DNA from: Rhodovulum sp. DZ06
GTDB lineage: Bacteria > Pseudomonadota > Alphaproteobacteria > Rhodobacterales > Rhodobacteraceae
Length of the DNA: 40,000 nucleotides
Direction of reading: 5' to 3'
Assembly: GCF_050586345.1 (NCBI RefSeq)
Contig: NZ_JBOCEF010000042.1
Coordinates: 5,362-45,361, forward strand
Under the pieces are notes generated by a model, which worked only from the letters and a program-made list of their open reading frames with translations, was not told the DNA's origin and did no database searches. The translations under genes and the position numbers were made by a program. Shown here in pieces: positions 1 to 8,101 of the stretch. How positions within the stretch are numbered: position 1 is the stretch's first letter; the number at the start of each line of letters is the position of its first letter.

Positions 1-418
1 CCGAGCCGATGAAGCGCGCGTCGCCGCGATGCGAGATCGCCGAGGTCCAGTTCTGGCTCGCCGGCTTCTCGCCCTCGGTCGGGGTCCAGATGATCCGGCC
101 GCGCATGATATTGCCCTCGACCTCGTTGATCAGCAGGGCGTTGACGCCGCTGATCGGCCCGGTCCAGCCCGCGGGGGCGCCGAGGTGGTCGTTGTTCATC
201 GGGTCGTAGGGGGTGTAGACGCCCTCCCACAGCCCGACCAGGTCCTGCCCCTCGACATCGAGGCGCAGCACGCGGACCGGGCCGCCGCCGGGTTCGAAGC
301 GCGAGGCGGGGGCGGGCGCGGCGGCGGCCCCGTCGGGGGCGGCGGCGTCGGGGGCGACCTGCGCGCAGGCGGCGAGGGCGAGCGCGGCGAGGGCGAGGAA
401 CGGGGCGCGGGCGATCAT
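1..418 (-). CDS. hypothetical lipoprotein; its 3' end runs off the window
   Basis: The minus-strand ATG at 418-416 opens MIARAPFLALAALALAACAQVAPD..., a signal peptide with an L-A-A-C lipobox. The frame stays open to position 1 with high GC3. It is absent from the ORF track because the window edge truncates it. Confidence 0.55.
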   Translation of the reverse strand, partial: MIARAPFLALAALALAACAQVAPDAAAPDGAAAAPAPASRFEPGGGPVRVLRLDVEGQDLVGLWEGVYTPYDPMNNDHLGAPAGWTGPISGVNALLINEVEGNIMRGRIIWTPTEGEKPASQNWTSAISHRGDARFIGS

Positions 419-958
419 GCGTGGGGGTCTCCGGCAAAGCGTGGGGCCGCGGCGGGCGCGGCGGTCGGCGCGGCCCGGGCGCGCGCCGACCGGGCGCGGG
501 GGCGGGGGCCGCCGCGCGCACCCTCGGGCGCCGGGCGCGCGCAGGCAAGCCCGCGATGCGCCGCGGGGCAGGGGCGGGCGGTCGCCCGGGCGCCGATGCG
601 CGCCCCCGCCCCTTGCCGCCCCGCCCCTGGCGCCCCGCCCCTGGCCCCCGCGCTGCGGCCCCGCGCGTCGCCCGGTCCATCCGCCCCGCCGGCCCGCGCC
701 CCCCCCCGCGCCGCTCGCGCCATCCGGGCGCCGCGGCCCGCCGGTCCCGCGCCGCTTGCGCCGCCCGCGCCCCGCCCGTGCGGCGCCTCGCCGCTCGCCC
801 CCGCCCGGGCCGGGAAAAACCGCCGCGCGCCGCCGCGCCGGGGTTCCCTTCGCCCGCCCCCGGCGCTACCTCTCTTGCGTCCGGCGCGCCGCGCGGCGAC
901 CCCCCCGTCGTCCTGTCGCGCGCGGCCTGCATTCCCCCTCTCTCGCCCGGAGGCGCCC

Positions 959-2419
959 ATGACCGACCGCCCCGACCGCGCCCCCGAGCCGGAAGACGCC
1001 GCGCCCGAGGCGCTTTCCGCCCGGATCGACACCGAGGCGCCGGAGGAGCGGCCGGAGGAGCGCGAGGAGCCCGAGGACGAGTTCGCACTGGAGCGCGAGG
1101 TGGTCCAGCGCGTCCGCGCCGCGGTCGAGGCCGAGGACCGCGAGACCCTCCTCGCCGAGGTCGAGGAGCTGCACGCGGCCGACCTCGCCGATCTTCTCGA
1201 ACAGCTCGGCCATGACGACCGCGCCGCGGCCGTGCGGCTGCTCGGCGGCGATCTCGACCCGGACGTGTTCTCGGAGCTCGAGGACGACGTGCGCGACGAC
1301 GTGCTCGAGGCGATGGAGCCCGAGAACCTCGCCGCCGCGGCCAAGGAGCTGGACGCGGACGACGTCGTCTACCTGGTCGCCGACCTCGAGGACGACCAGC
1401 GCGACGCGGTGCTGGACGCGCTGGACCCGGTGGACCGGACCGCGGTCGAGCAGGCGCTGGAATACCCCGAATACACCGCCGGCCGCCTGATGCGGCGCGA
1501 GCTGGTCGCCGCCCCGCCGTTCTGGACGGTGGGGCAGATGATCGACCACCTGCGCTCGCGCGACGACCTGCCGGACGAATTCACCGACATCATCCTGGTG
1601 GACCCGGCGCTGAAGCCGGTGGACCTGGTGCCGCTCTCCCGCGTGATGGGCGCCGGGCGCGACCGCAAGCTGCAGGATCTCGCGCGCGACGACATGCGGG
1701 TGCTGAAGGCCGAGACGAGCCAGGAGGACGTCGCCTACGCCTTCAACCAGTACCACATGATGTCCGCCCCGGTGGTGGACGAGGACGGGCGGCTGGTCGG
1801 CGTCATCTCCATCGACGACGCGATGGAGGCCCTGGACGAGGAGGCGGAAGAGGATCTCAAGCTGCTGGCCGGCGTCGGCGACGAGTCGCTGTCGGACAAG
1901 GTGACCGAGATCGTGAAGGCCCGCTTCCCCTGGCTGGCGGTGAACCTGTTGACGGCGATCCTGGCGTCGCTGGTGATCGGGATGTTCGACACCACGATCG
2001 AGGCGATCGTGGCGCTGGCGATCCTGATGCCGATCGTCGCCTCGATGGGCGGCAATGCGGGGACGCAGACGCTGACGGTGGCGGTGCGCGCCATCGCGAC
2101 GCGCGACCTGACCGCGGCCAACATGTGGCGCATCGTCGGCCGCGAGACGCTGGTGGGCCTGCTCAACGGGGTCGCCTTCGCGATCCTGATCGGGGTCATC
2201 ACCCTGCTGTGGTTCGGCGACCCGATGCTCGGCGGCGTGCTGGCGGCGGCGATGATCGTCAACCTGCTGGTGGCCGGGCTGGCGGGGATCCTGATCCCCA
2301 TCGCGCTCGACAAGGTGGGGGCGGACCCGGCGCTTGCCTCGGGCACCTTCGTGACCACGGTGACGGACGTGGTGGGGTTCTTCGTGTTCCTCGGGCTGGC
2401 GGGCGCGGTGCTGCTGTAA
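959..2419 (+). CDS. mgtE: magnesium transporter MgtE
   Basis: The product has an acidic N-terminus, then MgtE_N-like (LHAADLADLLEQL) and CBS-pair regions, then a C-terminal membrane domain (PIVASMGGNAGTQT, DVVGFFVFLG). The ATG at 959 follows GGAGG at 949-953. The track ORF from 29 is an Arg/Pro/Gly-rich artefactual extension. Confidence 0.9.
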   Translation: MTDRPDRAPEPEDAAPEALSARIDTEAPEERPEEREEPEDEFALEREVVQRVRAAVEAEDRETLLAEVEELHAADLADLLEQLGHDDRAAAVRLLGGDLDPDVFSELEDDVRDDVLEAMEPENLAAAAKELDADDVVYLVADLEDDQRDAVLDALDPVDRTAVEQALEYPEYTAGRLMRRELVAAPPFWTVGQMIDHLRSRDDLPDEFTDIILVDPALKPVDLVPLSRVMGAGRDRKLQDLARDDMRVLKAETSQEDVAYAFNQYHMMSAPVVDEDGRLVGVISIDDAMEALDEEAEEDLKLLAGVGDESLSDKVTEIVKARFPWLAVNLLTAILASLVIGMFDTTIEAIVALAILMPIVASMGGNAGTQTLTVAVRAIATRDLTAANMWRIVGRETLVGLLNGVAFAILIGVITLLWFGDPMLGGVLAAAMIVNLLVAGLAGILIPIALDKVGADPALASGTFVTTVTDVVGFFVFLGLAGAVLL

Positions 2420-2587
2420 CGCGCCGCCGCGGCAGGTGGATTCAAGGGGGCGCGCCCGGGCCGGGCGCGCCCCCTTCGTTTGCGCGGCGTGGTCGCGGGG
2501 CGCCGCCACGTCATCGCGATCCGCGCTTGGGCGCGGCGCGTCTTCGCCCTTAGCCTGTCGCGCAAATGGCGCGGGGAGGGCGTTGGG

Positions 2588-4237
2588 ATGGCGGATGCTG
2601 CGGATGTGATCGTGGTGGGCGCGGGGCTTGCGGGCCTCGTCGCCGCGACCGAGGCGGCGGACCGGGGCCGCAGGGTGCTGGTGCTGGAGCAGGAGGGGCG
2701 CCAGAGCCTCGGGGGGCAGGCGCACTGGTCGCTCGGCGGGCTGTTCATGGTCGACACGCCCGAGCAGCGGCGGATGGGCATTCGCGACGGGCGCGATCTT
2801 GCGGCGATCGACTGGATGGGCTCGGCCGCGTTCGACCGCCGCGAGGATGCGAACCCGCGGGCGGTGGCGGAGGCCTATCTCGATTTCGCCGCCGGCGAGA
2901 TGCGGCCCTGGCTGCACGCCATGGGGATGCGCTGGTTCCCCGTCGTCGGCTGGGCCGAGCGGGGCGGGGGCGCGGCGGACGGGCACGGGAACTCCGTCCC
3001 GCGCTTCCACGTCACCTGGGGCGTGGGGCCGGGCGTCGTGGCGCCCTTCGCGCGGCGGCTGGCCGAACATGAGGCGGCGGGGCGGATCGAGCTTCGGAAT
3101 CGGGTCCGCGTGGATGGGCTTCTGGTCGAGGGCGGGCGCCTGGCCGGGGTGCATGGCGCGGTCCTGGCCCCCGACGACGCCCCCATCGGCGCCCCGACGG
3201 GGCGGGAGGTGGTGGGCGATTTCGAGGCGCGGGCGGGCGCCGTGGTGCTCGCCTCGGGCGGCATCGGCGGCGATTTCGACAAGGTGCGCGCCCGCTGGCC
3301 CGAGGCGCGGCTCGGCAAGGCGCCGCGCAGGATGGTGGCGGGGGTTCCGGCCTATGTCGACGGGCGCATGGTCGACATCGCCAAGGCCGCCGGGGCCGGG
3401 GCGATCAACGAGGACCGGATGTGGCATTACTGCGAGGGGCTGGAGAACTGGGACCCGATCTGGCCGTCCCACGGGATCCGCATCCTGCCGGGGCCGTCCT
3501 CCCTGTGGTTCGACGCGCTGGGGCGGCGGATGGAGGCGCCGTGCCTTCCGGGGTTCGACACCATGGCCACCCTGCGCCGGATCCTCTCGACCGGGCATGA
3601 GCACAGCTGGTTCGTGCTGACCCAGAGCATCATCGCCAAGGAGTTCGCGCTGTCGGGGAGCGAGCAGAACCCCGATCTCGCCTCGGGGAAATGGGCGGAG
3701 GTGATCCGGTCGCGGCTTGCGGCGAAGGGGGCGCCGGGGCCGGTGGAGGCGTTCAAGGAGAAGGGCGCGGATTTCGTGGTGGCCGAGGGGTTGGAGGAGC
3801 TGGTGGCGGGGATGAACCGGCTGGTCCCGGAGGCGCCGCTGGACGCCGCGGCGATGCGCGCGCAGATCGAGGCGCGGGATGCGCAGATCGACAACCCCTT
3901 CGCCAAGGACGCGCAGGTGATCGCGATCCGGCAGGCGCGGGCCTATCGCGGCGACCGGCTGGTGCGGACGGCCAAGCCGCACCGGATCCTGGACCCGGCG
4001 CATGGCCCGTTGATCGCGGTGCGGCTGAACGTGCTGACGCGCAAGACGCTCGGGGGGCTGCACACGGATGTCGGCGCGCGGGCGCTGCGGCCGGACGGGG
4101 AGGTGTTCGACGGGCTGTTCGCGGCCGGAGAGGCGGCGGGGTTCGGCGGCGGCGGCTATCACGGGTGGAATGCGCTCGAGGGGACGTTCCTCGGGGGCTG
4201 CATCTTCTCGGGGCGGGCGGCGGGGCGGTCGGTCTGA
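2588..4237 (+). CDS. FAD-binding dehydrogenase (KsdD/succinate-dehydrogenase-flavoprotein-like predicted oxidoreductase)
   Basis: There is an N-terminal dinucleotide fold (DVIVVGAGLAGLVAATEAADRG) and a C-terminal FAAGEAAGFGGGGYHG motif. The ATG at 2588 follows GGGGAGGG. Confidence 0.8.
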   Translation: MADAADVIVVGAGLAGLVAATEAADRGRRVLVLEQEGRQSLGGQAHWSLGGLFMVDTPEQRRMGIRDGRDLAAIDWMGSAAFDRREDANPRAVAEAYLDFAAGEMRPWLHAMGMRWFPVVGWAERGGGAADGHGNSVPRFHVTWGVGPGVVAPFARRLAEHEAAGRIELRNRVRVDGLLVEGGRLAGVHGAVLAPDDAPIGAPTGREVVGDFEARAGAVVLASGGIGGDFDKVRARWPEARLGKAPRRMVAGVPAYVDGRMVDIAKAAGAGAINEDRMWHYCEGLENWDPIWPSHGIRILPGPSSLWFDALGRRMEAPCLPGFDTMATLRRILSTGHEHSWFVLTQSIIAKEFALSGSEQNPDLASGKWAEVIRSRLAAKGAPGPVEAFKEKGADFVVAEGLEELVAGMNRLVPEAPLDAAAMRAQIEARDAQIDNPFAKDAQVIAIRQARAYRGDRLVRTAKPHRILDPAHGPLIAVRLNVLTRKTLGGLHTDVGARALRPDGEVFDGLFAAGEAAGFGGGGYHGWNALEGTFLGGCIFSGRAAGRSV

Positions 4238-4334
4238 CGGGGCCGCGGCGCGGAGGGCAAGGGCGCGGGCCGGGGTTCCAGGGGGGGAGCGGCCGGCGCG
4301 CGCCTGCGCTGCGCTTGCCGACGCCCCGCCCGCC

Positions 4335-4430
4335 CGGACGCTGCCGCGTCCTTCCCCCCGCCCCGCGCGGCCCATCCCTCGCACCCCATCCGCCCCCTCG
4401 CGCCCGCCGCGCCCCGCGCGGCGCGGGCGC
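4335..4430. repeat. 96-bp direct repeat, copy A, abutting the element terminus at 4431
   Basis: cggacgctgccgcgtccttcccccc...gcgcggcgcgggcgc aligns with 12639-12734. By eye I count 2 substitutions and two 2-nt indels. Confidence 0.85.
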
Positions 4431-4477
4431 TGTCTGCTTTCATATCAGTTGACCCGTGCTTTCAGCCGTCCTGAGCC
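4431..4477. repeat. gene-distal (Mu R-end equivalent) terminal region with two putative transposase-binding motifs
   Basis: Site 1 is TTTCA(4438-4442)-TAT-CAGTTGA(4446-4452). Site 2 is TTTCA(4460-4464)-N6-CTGAGCC(4471-4477). The same two motif types recur in inverted orientation at 12548-12638. Confidence 0.6.
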
Positions 4478-4533
4478 GGGCATTTCCGAGAACAGCCGTC
4501 CACAGCCGAGAACCCGAGAGAGCGCCGGAGGCG

Positions 4534-4920
4534 TCAGCGCCCGCGCGTCTTCTTGAGCCAGGCGCGGACCGACACGTCCGACGCGAGGATAGTGCGGGCG
4601 ATTTGGGCGGTGGACATGCCGCGGGCGGCGAGGGTGCGGGCCAGCCAGGGCTTGGCAAGGGGAATCCGGCGCGGAAGGAGGTCGCGCGCGGCGGCCAGCG
4701 CCTCGGCGCCCTCCGCTCCAAGCGTCTCTTGCAGCCGCCCGCGCGGCGAAGGCGTCGCGGGAATCGTCAGCTCGGCCCCGCCGAAGTTCAGCAGGAAGCG
4801 GATCGCGTGGTCTTCCCCCAGCGCATCGACGAAGGGGGCGACCTGGGCCGGGGCGCGCACGGGGGCGACGCCCTCGGCCCTCTCGGGCAGGCAGGGCCTG
4901 CGGGCCTGCGGCGGCGTCAT
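4534..4920 (-). CDS. Mor/C-family-like transcription activator (C-terminal HTH)
   Basis: The product has FLLNFGGAELTIP, a second RRIPLAKP segment and a C-terminal HTH (GMSTAQIARTILASDVSVRAWLKK). This resembles the Mor family layout (GGxQ.YIP ... HTH). The ATG at 4920 overlaps the upstream stop (ATGA at 4917-4920). Confidence 0.5.
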   Translation of the reverse strand: MTPPQARRPCLPERAEGVAPVRAPAQVAPFVDALGEDHAIRFLLNFGGAELTIPATPSPRGRLQETLGAEGAEALAAARDLLPRRIPLAKPWLARTLAARGMSTAQIARTILASDVSVRAWLKKTRGR

Positions 4921-5351
4921 TGGCCCGTACCCCGCGCCTTGCGCTGGCGATGCCACCAGCGGTGAAGCGAGCTTGCCGACACGCGGCGCTCCGGCGGGAA
5001 GGCCCGGGCGATGTCCTGGGCCAGCTCCTTGAAGGTCATATCGTCCACCCGGTCGCGGACGAAGGCGTTCAGCTCGGCGTCGGTGTCGAGCAGGGACGGA
5101 CGGCCACGCCAGCCTCGCGCCCGCCAGTCGCCGTTCCTGCGCCCGACGAAGCTTCCGGCGCCGGGCTGTTCAAGACCGTCTTGAACGGGTCTGGAAAGGC
5201 GGGCTGCAAGCCGCGCAAGAATACCTGTCAGGCGGCCCGCCAGCTCGTGCGCCTCAGCCAGGTCGGCGGCGAGCGGGTCGGCGTCCTTCAGCTCGGGCGC
5301 CGGGGCCGCGGGGCGCCCCCCGCCGTCGCCCGACTTCAGTTCGTCCCGCAT
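4917..5351 (-). CDS. hypothetical protein with a C-terminal HTH resembling the N-terminal DNA-binding domain of Mu gp27/DUF3486-type small terminase
   Basis: The ATG at 5351 follows GGAGAGGG with 8-nt spacing; an alternative GTG lies at 5423. The C-terminus reads RPSLLDTDAELNAFVRDRVDDMTFKELAQDIARAFPPERRVSASSLHRWW. The family resemblance is recalled from memory and has not been searched. Confidence 0.45.
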   Translation of the reverse strand: MRDELKSGDGGGRPAAPAPELKDADPLAADLAEAHELAGRLTGILARLAARLSRPVQDGLEQPGAGSFVGRRNGDWRARGWRGRPSLLDTDAELNAFVRDRVDDMTFKELAQDIARAFPPERRVSASSLHRWWHRQRKARGTGQ

Positions 5352-5467
5352 TTCGTGTACCCTCTCCGCCAGCGCATCGCAGCACCGGGATATGGGCCCG
5401 GCCCGTTTTCGGACGTTCGGCACGGGGCGCCGACCTCACCATGCCTTTCCCGACCCACGGTCGGCGT

Positions 5468-6439
5468 TCAGTCGCTCAGCGCATCCGGCGCAAGCCCGAG
5501 CTGGGCGCAGACAGCCGCCGCGGCCTCGGACGCGGGCCGGGCGCTCCGACGCGCGGGCGGATCGGCAGGCGCCGTGCGGCGGGTCAGGTGCGCATAGGCC
5601 GGGGCGCCGCTGTTGATGAAGGTGTCGAAGCTGTCTTCGTCGCTCAGGCACAGCGCCAGCGCCCATTCGCGCATGGGCGTCGTCAGATACCCCCGGCGGA
5701 AGGCGTCTTCGACCTTCGCTTCCGCCCGCTCCTGGGCGGCGCGCGCAAGCTCGAGCTTGCGATCTTCCATGAGGCTCTGCACCGCTTCGATGGGCACGAA
5801 GCGCGACGGGTCGGGCGCCGCGGCGTTGGCCGCCGCCGAAGCCCCTTCGGACGTGTCGCGCCCGGCGACCTCCAGAAGCGCCGCCACCGCGTCGAACACG
5901 TCCCCCTCGCCCGCCATCGCGTCCAGGCCCAGCAGCTCGGCCAGGCGGGCGAACATGCCCTCCGCCGGCGCGCCGTCCTCCGACGCCAGGGCGACCAGGT
6001 TCAGGTTCGGGTTGTGCACCAGCCCGGCGCCCTTGAGGCGCACCACGCTCCGGTCCTTCATGTGATAGAAGGTCGGGCTGAGATAGCGGTATTCCTTCGC
6101 GCCGATCAGCGACCGGGCGCGTTCGGTCCAGGCGACCCGGCCCCAGATCCCGTTCGGCGCCACCTTCAGCTCCTTGATCCAGCCCGCGGCGGGGATCGGA
6201 CCGGAGGGGGCGGCGTCGCCCTTGGCCTTGGTGTCGTTCTGGTGGTTGTAGTCCACCGGCAGGTCGATCCCCCCGGCTTCGAAGTCGTTCACCAGCGCCT
6301 GCGGGTCGCGCAGGACATAGCGGCGGCCATCGCGCCCGGTCATCTCGCCCGCGGGCAGGAGGTGAACCCATTCGGGCGCGCCGTTCTCGGACGGGGCGCC
6401 CAGTTCGCTGTCGAAGCGGGCGAGGAACAGTTCGGTCAT
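5468..6439 (-). CDS. Mu-like prophage protein I (head maturation protease/scaffold, gpI family)
   Basis: MTELFLARF...PEWVHLLPAGEMTGRDGRRY...IDLPVDYNHQ...AAGWIKELKV..GIWGRVAWTERA...YRYLSPTF matches gpI (COG4388-type) signature blocks. The C-terminal half is helical and scaffold-like. Confidence 0.85.
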   Translation of the reverse strand: MTELFLARFDSELGAPSENGAPEWVHLLPAGEMTGRDGRRYVLRDPQALVNDFEAGGIDLPVDYNHQNDTKAKGDAAPSGPIPAAGWIKELKVAPNGIWGRVAWTERARSLIGAKEYRYLSPTFYHMKDRSVVRLKGAGLVHNPNLNLVALASEDGAPAEGMFARLAELLGLDAMAGEGDVFDAVAALLEVAGRDTSEGASAAANAAAPDPSRFVPIEAVQSLMEDRKLELARAAQERAEAKVEDAFRRGYLTTPMREWALALCLSDEDSFDTFINSGAPAYAHLTRRTAPADPPARRSARPASEAAAAVCAQLGLAPDALSD

Positions 6440-6468
6440 GCGCGGAGGTCCTTGCAGTTCGCCGTGGA

Positions 6469-7365
6469 TCAGTCGGCCAGGAAGGGCGACACGATCAGCT
6501 CGGCGGCGCCCTTCCATTCGTTGGTCATCCCGCCATCGCCCAGCTCGGAGTTGAGGATTTTCCGCGCGGCGCCTTCGAGCGAGGGCGGGACCACCAGGAC
6601 GTCCGGCCGCACGCCCAGCGGGCGCCCGCCATCGGCGCGGAAGGACATCATCGCGGCGCGCGCGGTCTGATAGGCGGCGGCGTTGAGAGTCTGCCTGGGG
6701 CCATAGGCGAGCTGCCAGAGGCCGAACCCGGCGTTCACACGGGCGCGGATCCCGTACAGGAACTGGTCGTTGAAGAAGACGTCGTCGTCTTCCGGGCGGT
6801 CGCGCCGCTGGAACTCGTAATCCTCGCGCACCTGCCAGATGAGCGGGCGCACCGCCCGCGACGTGTCGAGCAGGAACCAGGGCGCGCCGCCGCCCCCATC
6901 GGTGTTGGAGACGCTGACGGTGTCGCCTTCCGCGTCGACCACCGGGTGGTCCGCGTCGAAGAAGTACTGGCCATCGTAGCATTCCGACGTGAAGCCGTCC
7001 TTGAGCAGCGAGAACAGCAGCTCGTCGGGATGCGTCCGGGCCGTCACGCCCATCTCGGCGAACATCGGCTTGAAGATGCCCAGCCGATCGTCGCTGATGG
7101 TGTTGCGCGGAACTTCGACCGTGCTTTCGAAGGTCCGGTTCAGGATGGTGAAGGAGGAGGTGGACAGGCTGTGAACATGCCGCGGCCCGACCCACTCGCG
7201 CAGGTTCGGGAACTGGCCGAACCAGCCATAGGTTTCATCGCGGGCCGAGCTGGGGACCGTCATGGCGACCCGCTCGTGATGAACCGGGGTCCGGTCATAG
7301 CTGTCGCGATAGACGGTCTGGAAGCCCTTGAAGGCCAGTTCGAGGTTCGGTCCGGTGAGGTCCAT
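6469..7365 (-). CDS. Mu-like major head subunit (gpT family)
   Basis: Signature blocks are YGWFGQFPNLREWVGPR, DGFTSECYDGQYFFDADHPV, WFLLDTSRAVRPLIWQ and ADGGRPLGVRPDVLVVPPSL, as in Mu gpT. The ATG at 7365 follows AGGAA. The track start at 7431 is probably too far upstream. Confidence 0.88.
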   Translation of the reverse strand: MDLTGPNLELAFKGFQTVYRDSYDRTPVHHERVAMTVPSSARDETYGWFGQFPNLREWVGPRHVHSLSTSSFTILNRTFESTVEVPRNTISDDRLGIFKPMFAEMGVTARTHPDELLFSLLKDGFTSECYDGQYFFDADHPVVDAEGDTVSVSNTDGGGGAPWFLLDTSRAVRPLIWQVREDYEFQRRDRPEDDDVFFNDQFLYGIRARVNAGFGLWQLAYGPRQTLNAAAYQTARAAMMSFRADGGRPLGVRPDVLVVPPSLEGAARKILNSELGDGGMTNEWKGAAELIVSPFLAD

Positions 7366-7634
7366 GCTCTGTTCCTGCGCTGTTGCTTGAAGCGCAGAAT
7401 GCCGCCCCGCCTTTTCGCGTTCGACCCGCAAGGGCTTGCGCGAAAGGCGGGATGAAGCGGGGCGGAAGGCGGCTTGTCGGGGCGCGAGAGGGGCGGCGAA
7501 AGAGGCCGCGGGGCGGCGTCGCGCGATTAAACGGCAAATCTTCGTTTTTAAACGGAGCGCCGGAGTTTCGCGGGGCGACCCACCCGGAGAGGAGAAGGCC
7601 TGTCAGCGGGCCTCTCAGAGGCTCTGAGAGCCGA

Positions 7635-7661
7635 GGGGCGGCGCGTCGGTCGCGCCGCCCC
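7635..7661 (-). terminator. GC-rich hairpin 17 nt downstream of the gemA stop (terminator-like, no clear U-tract)
   Basis: ggggcggcgcg-tcggt-cgcgccgcccc forms an 11-bp perfect stem with a 5-nt loop. It is followed on the transcribed strand by the 19-bp palindrome CTCTCAGAGgCTCTGAGAG (7612-7630). Confidence 0.4.
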
Positions 7662-7678
7662 TGTTCGCGTTCCGGGCC

Positions 7679-8101
7679 TCAGCCCGCGGCGGCGGCGCGA
7701 AGCCGCCGCTTCATCGCCTTGAGCGCGGTGATCGCCCGCGGGGCCTCCGCCGCCGTCAGGAACCGCAGGCTGTCCACCTTGAAGCAGCGGCGCAGCCAGG
7801 CTTCCAGTCCGGCGCCGTCCGGGCGCCCGCTCCACTCCGCCCACAGCGCGCGGATCAGCTCGCACTGCGCGCGGCTCGCGAAGCCGGGACGGTCGCCATA
7901 GTCGGGGCCGGTCCGGCGCGTGGGCTCGAACCCGTTCCGCTCGAAGAACCCCATCACCGCGTCGAACCCGTCCTGGTCAAGCTCGGTCGAGCTGGTCACG
8001 CCCGCCAGCCGAAAGAGCGCGAGCCGGTACACGTCTTCGTCCAGCCCGAGCTTGGCCTTGGCGACGTGCAGAAGCGCCTTCTGCTTGTTCGTGATGGTCA
8101 T
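7679..8101 (-). CDS. gemA: GemA / Mu gp16-like regulatory protein (DUF1018)
   Basis: MTITNKQKALLHVAKAKLGLDEDVYRLALFRLAGVTSSTELDQDGFDAVMGFFERNGF matches the gp16/GemA family pattern. The ATG at 8101 overlaps the upstream stop (ATGA at 8098-8101). Confidence 0.8.
   Translation of the reverse strand: MTITNKQKALLHVAKAKLGLDEDVYRLALFRLAGVTSSTELDQDGFDAVMGFFERNGFEPTRRTGPDYGDRPGFASRAQCELIRALWAEWSGRPDGAGLEAWLRRCFKVDSLRFLTAAEAPRAITALKAMKRRLRAAAAG

Noticed and set aside
603-649. G-quadruplex/i-motif-forming C-tract run as a specific regulatory element.
   Set aside because: Such runs are frequent by chance in spacers above 80% GC (similar tracts occur at 12650-12790 and 27890-28060). I mention it only within the mgtE spacer finding.
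29-958. N-terminal 310-aa extension of the mgtE ORF given in the track.
   Set aside because: The extension is low-complexity Pro/Arg/Ala sequence across the GC-rich spacer. A GGAGG RBS and the ATG at 959 give a normal-length MgtE.
866-4384. A 1172-aa minus-strand ORF. Similar giant ORFs occur at 32704-35988 (+), 25292-28198 (-), 22600-25017 (-), 27843-29951 (-) and 29263-31359 (-).
   Set aside because: The translations are Arg/Pro/Gly/Ala-rich low-complexity sequence. They run antisense to, or out of frame with, genes that have clear family signatures. Long stop-free frames are expected at about 70% GC.
4335-4430. The 96-bp flank as a tRNA/tmRNA-derived att site for a site-specific integrase.
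   Set aside because: There is no cloverleaf-compatible structure, and no tyrosine or serine recombinase gene in or next to the element. The mobility genes are Mu-type A and B.
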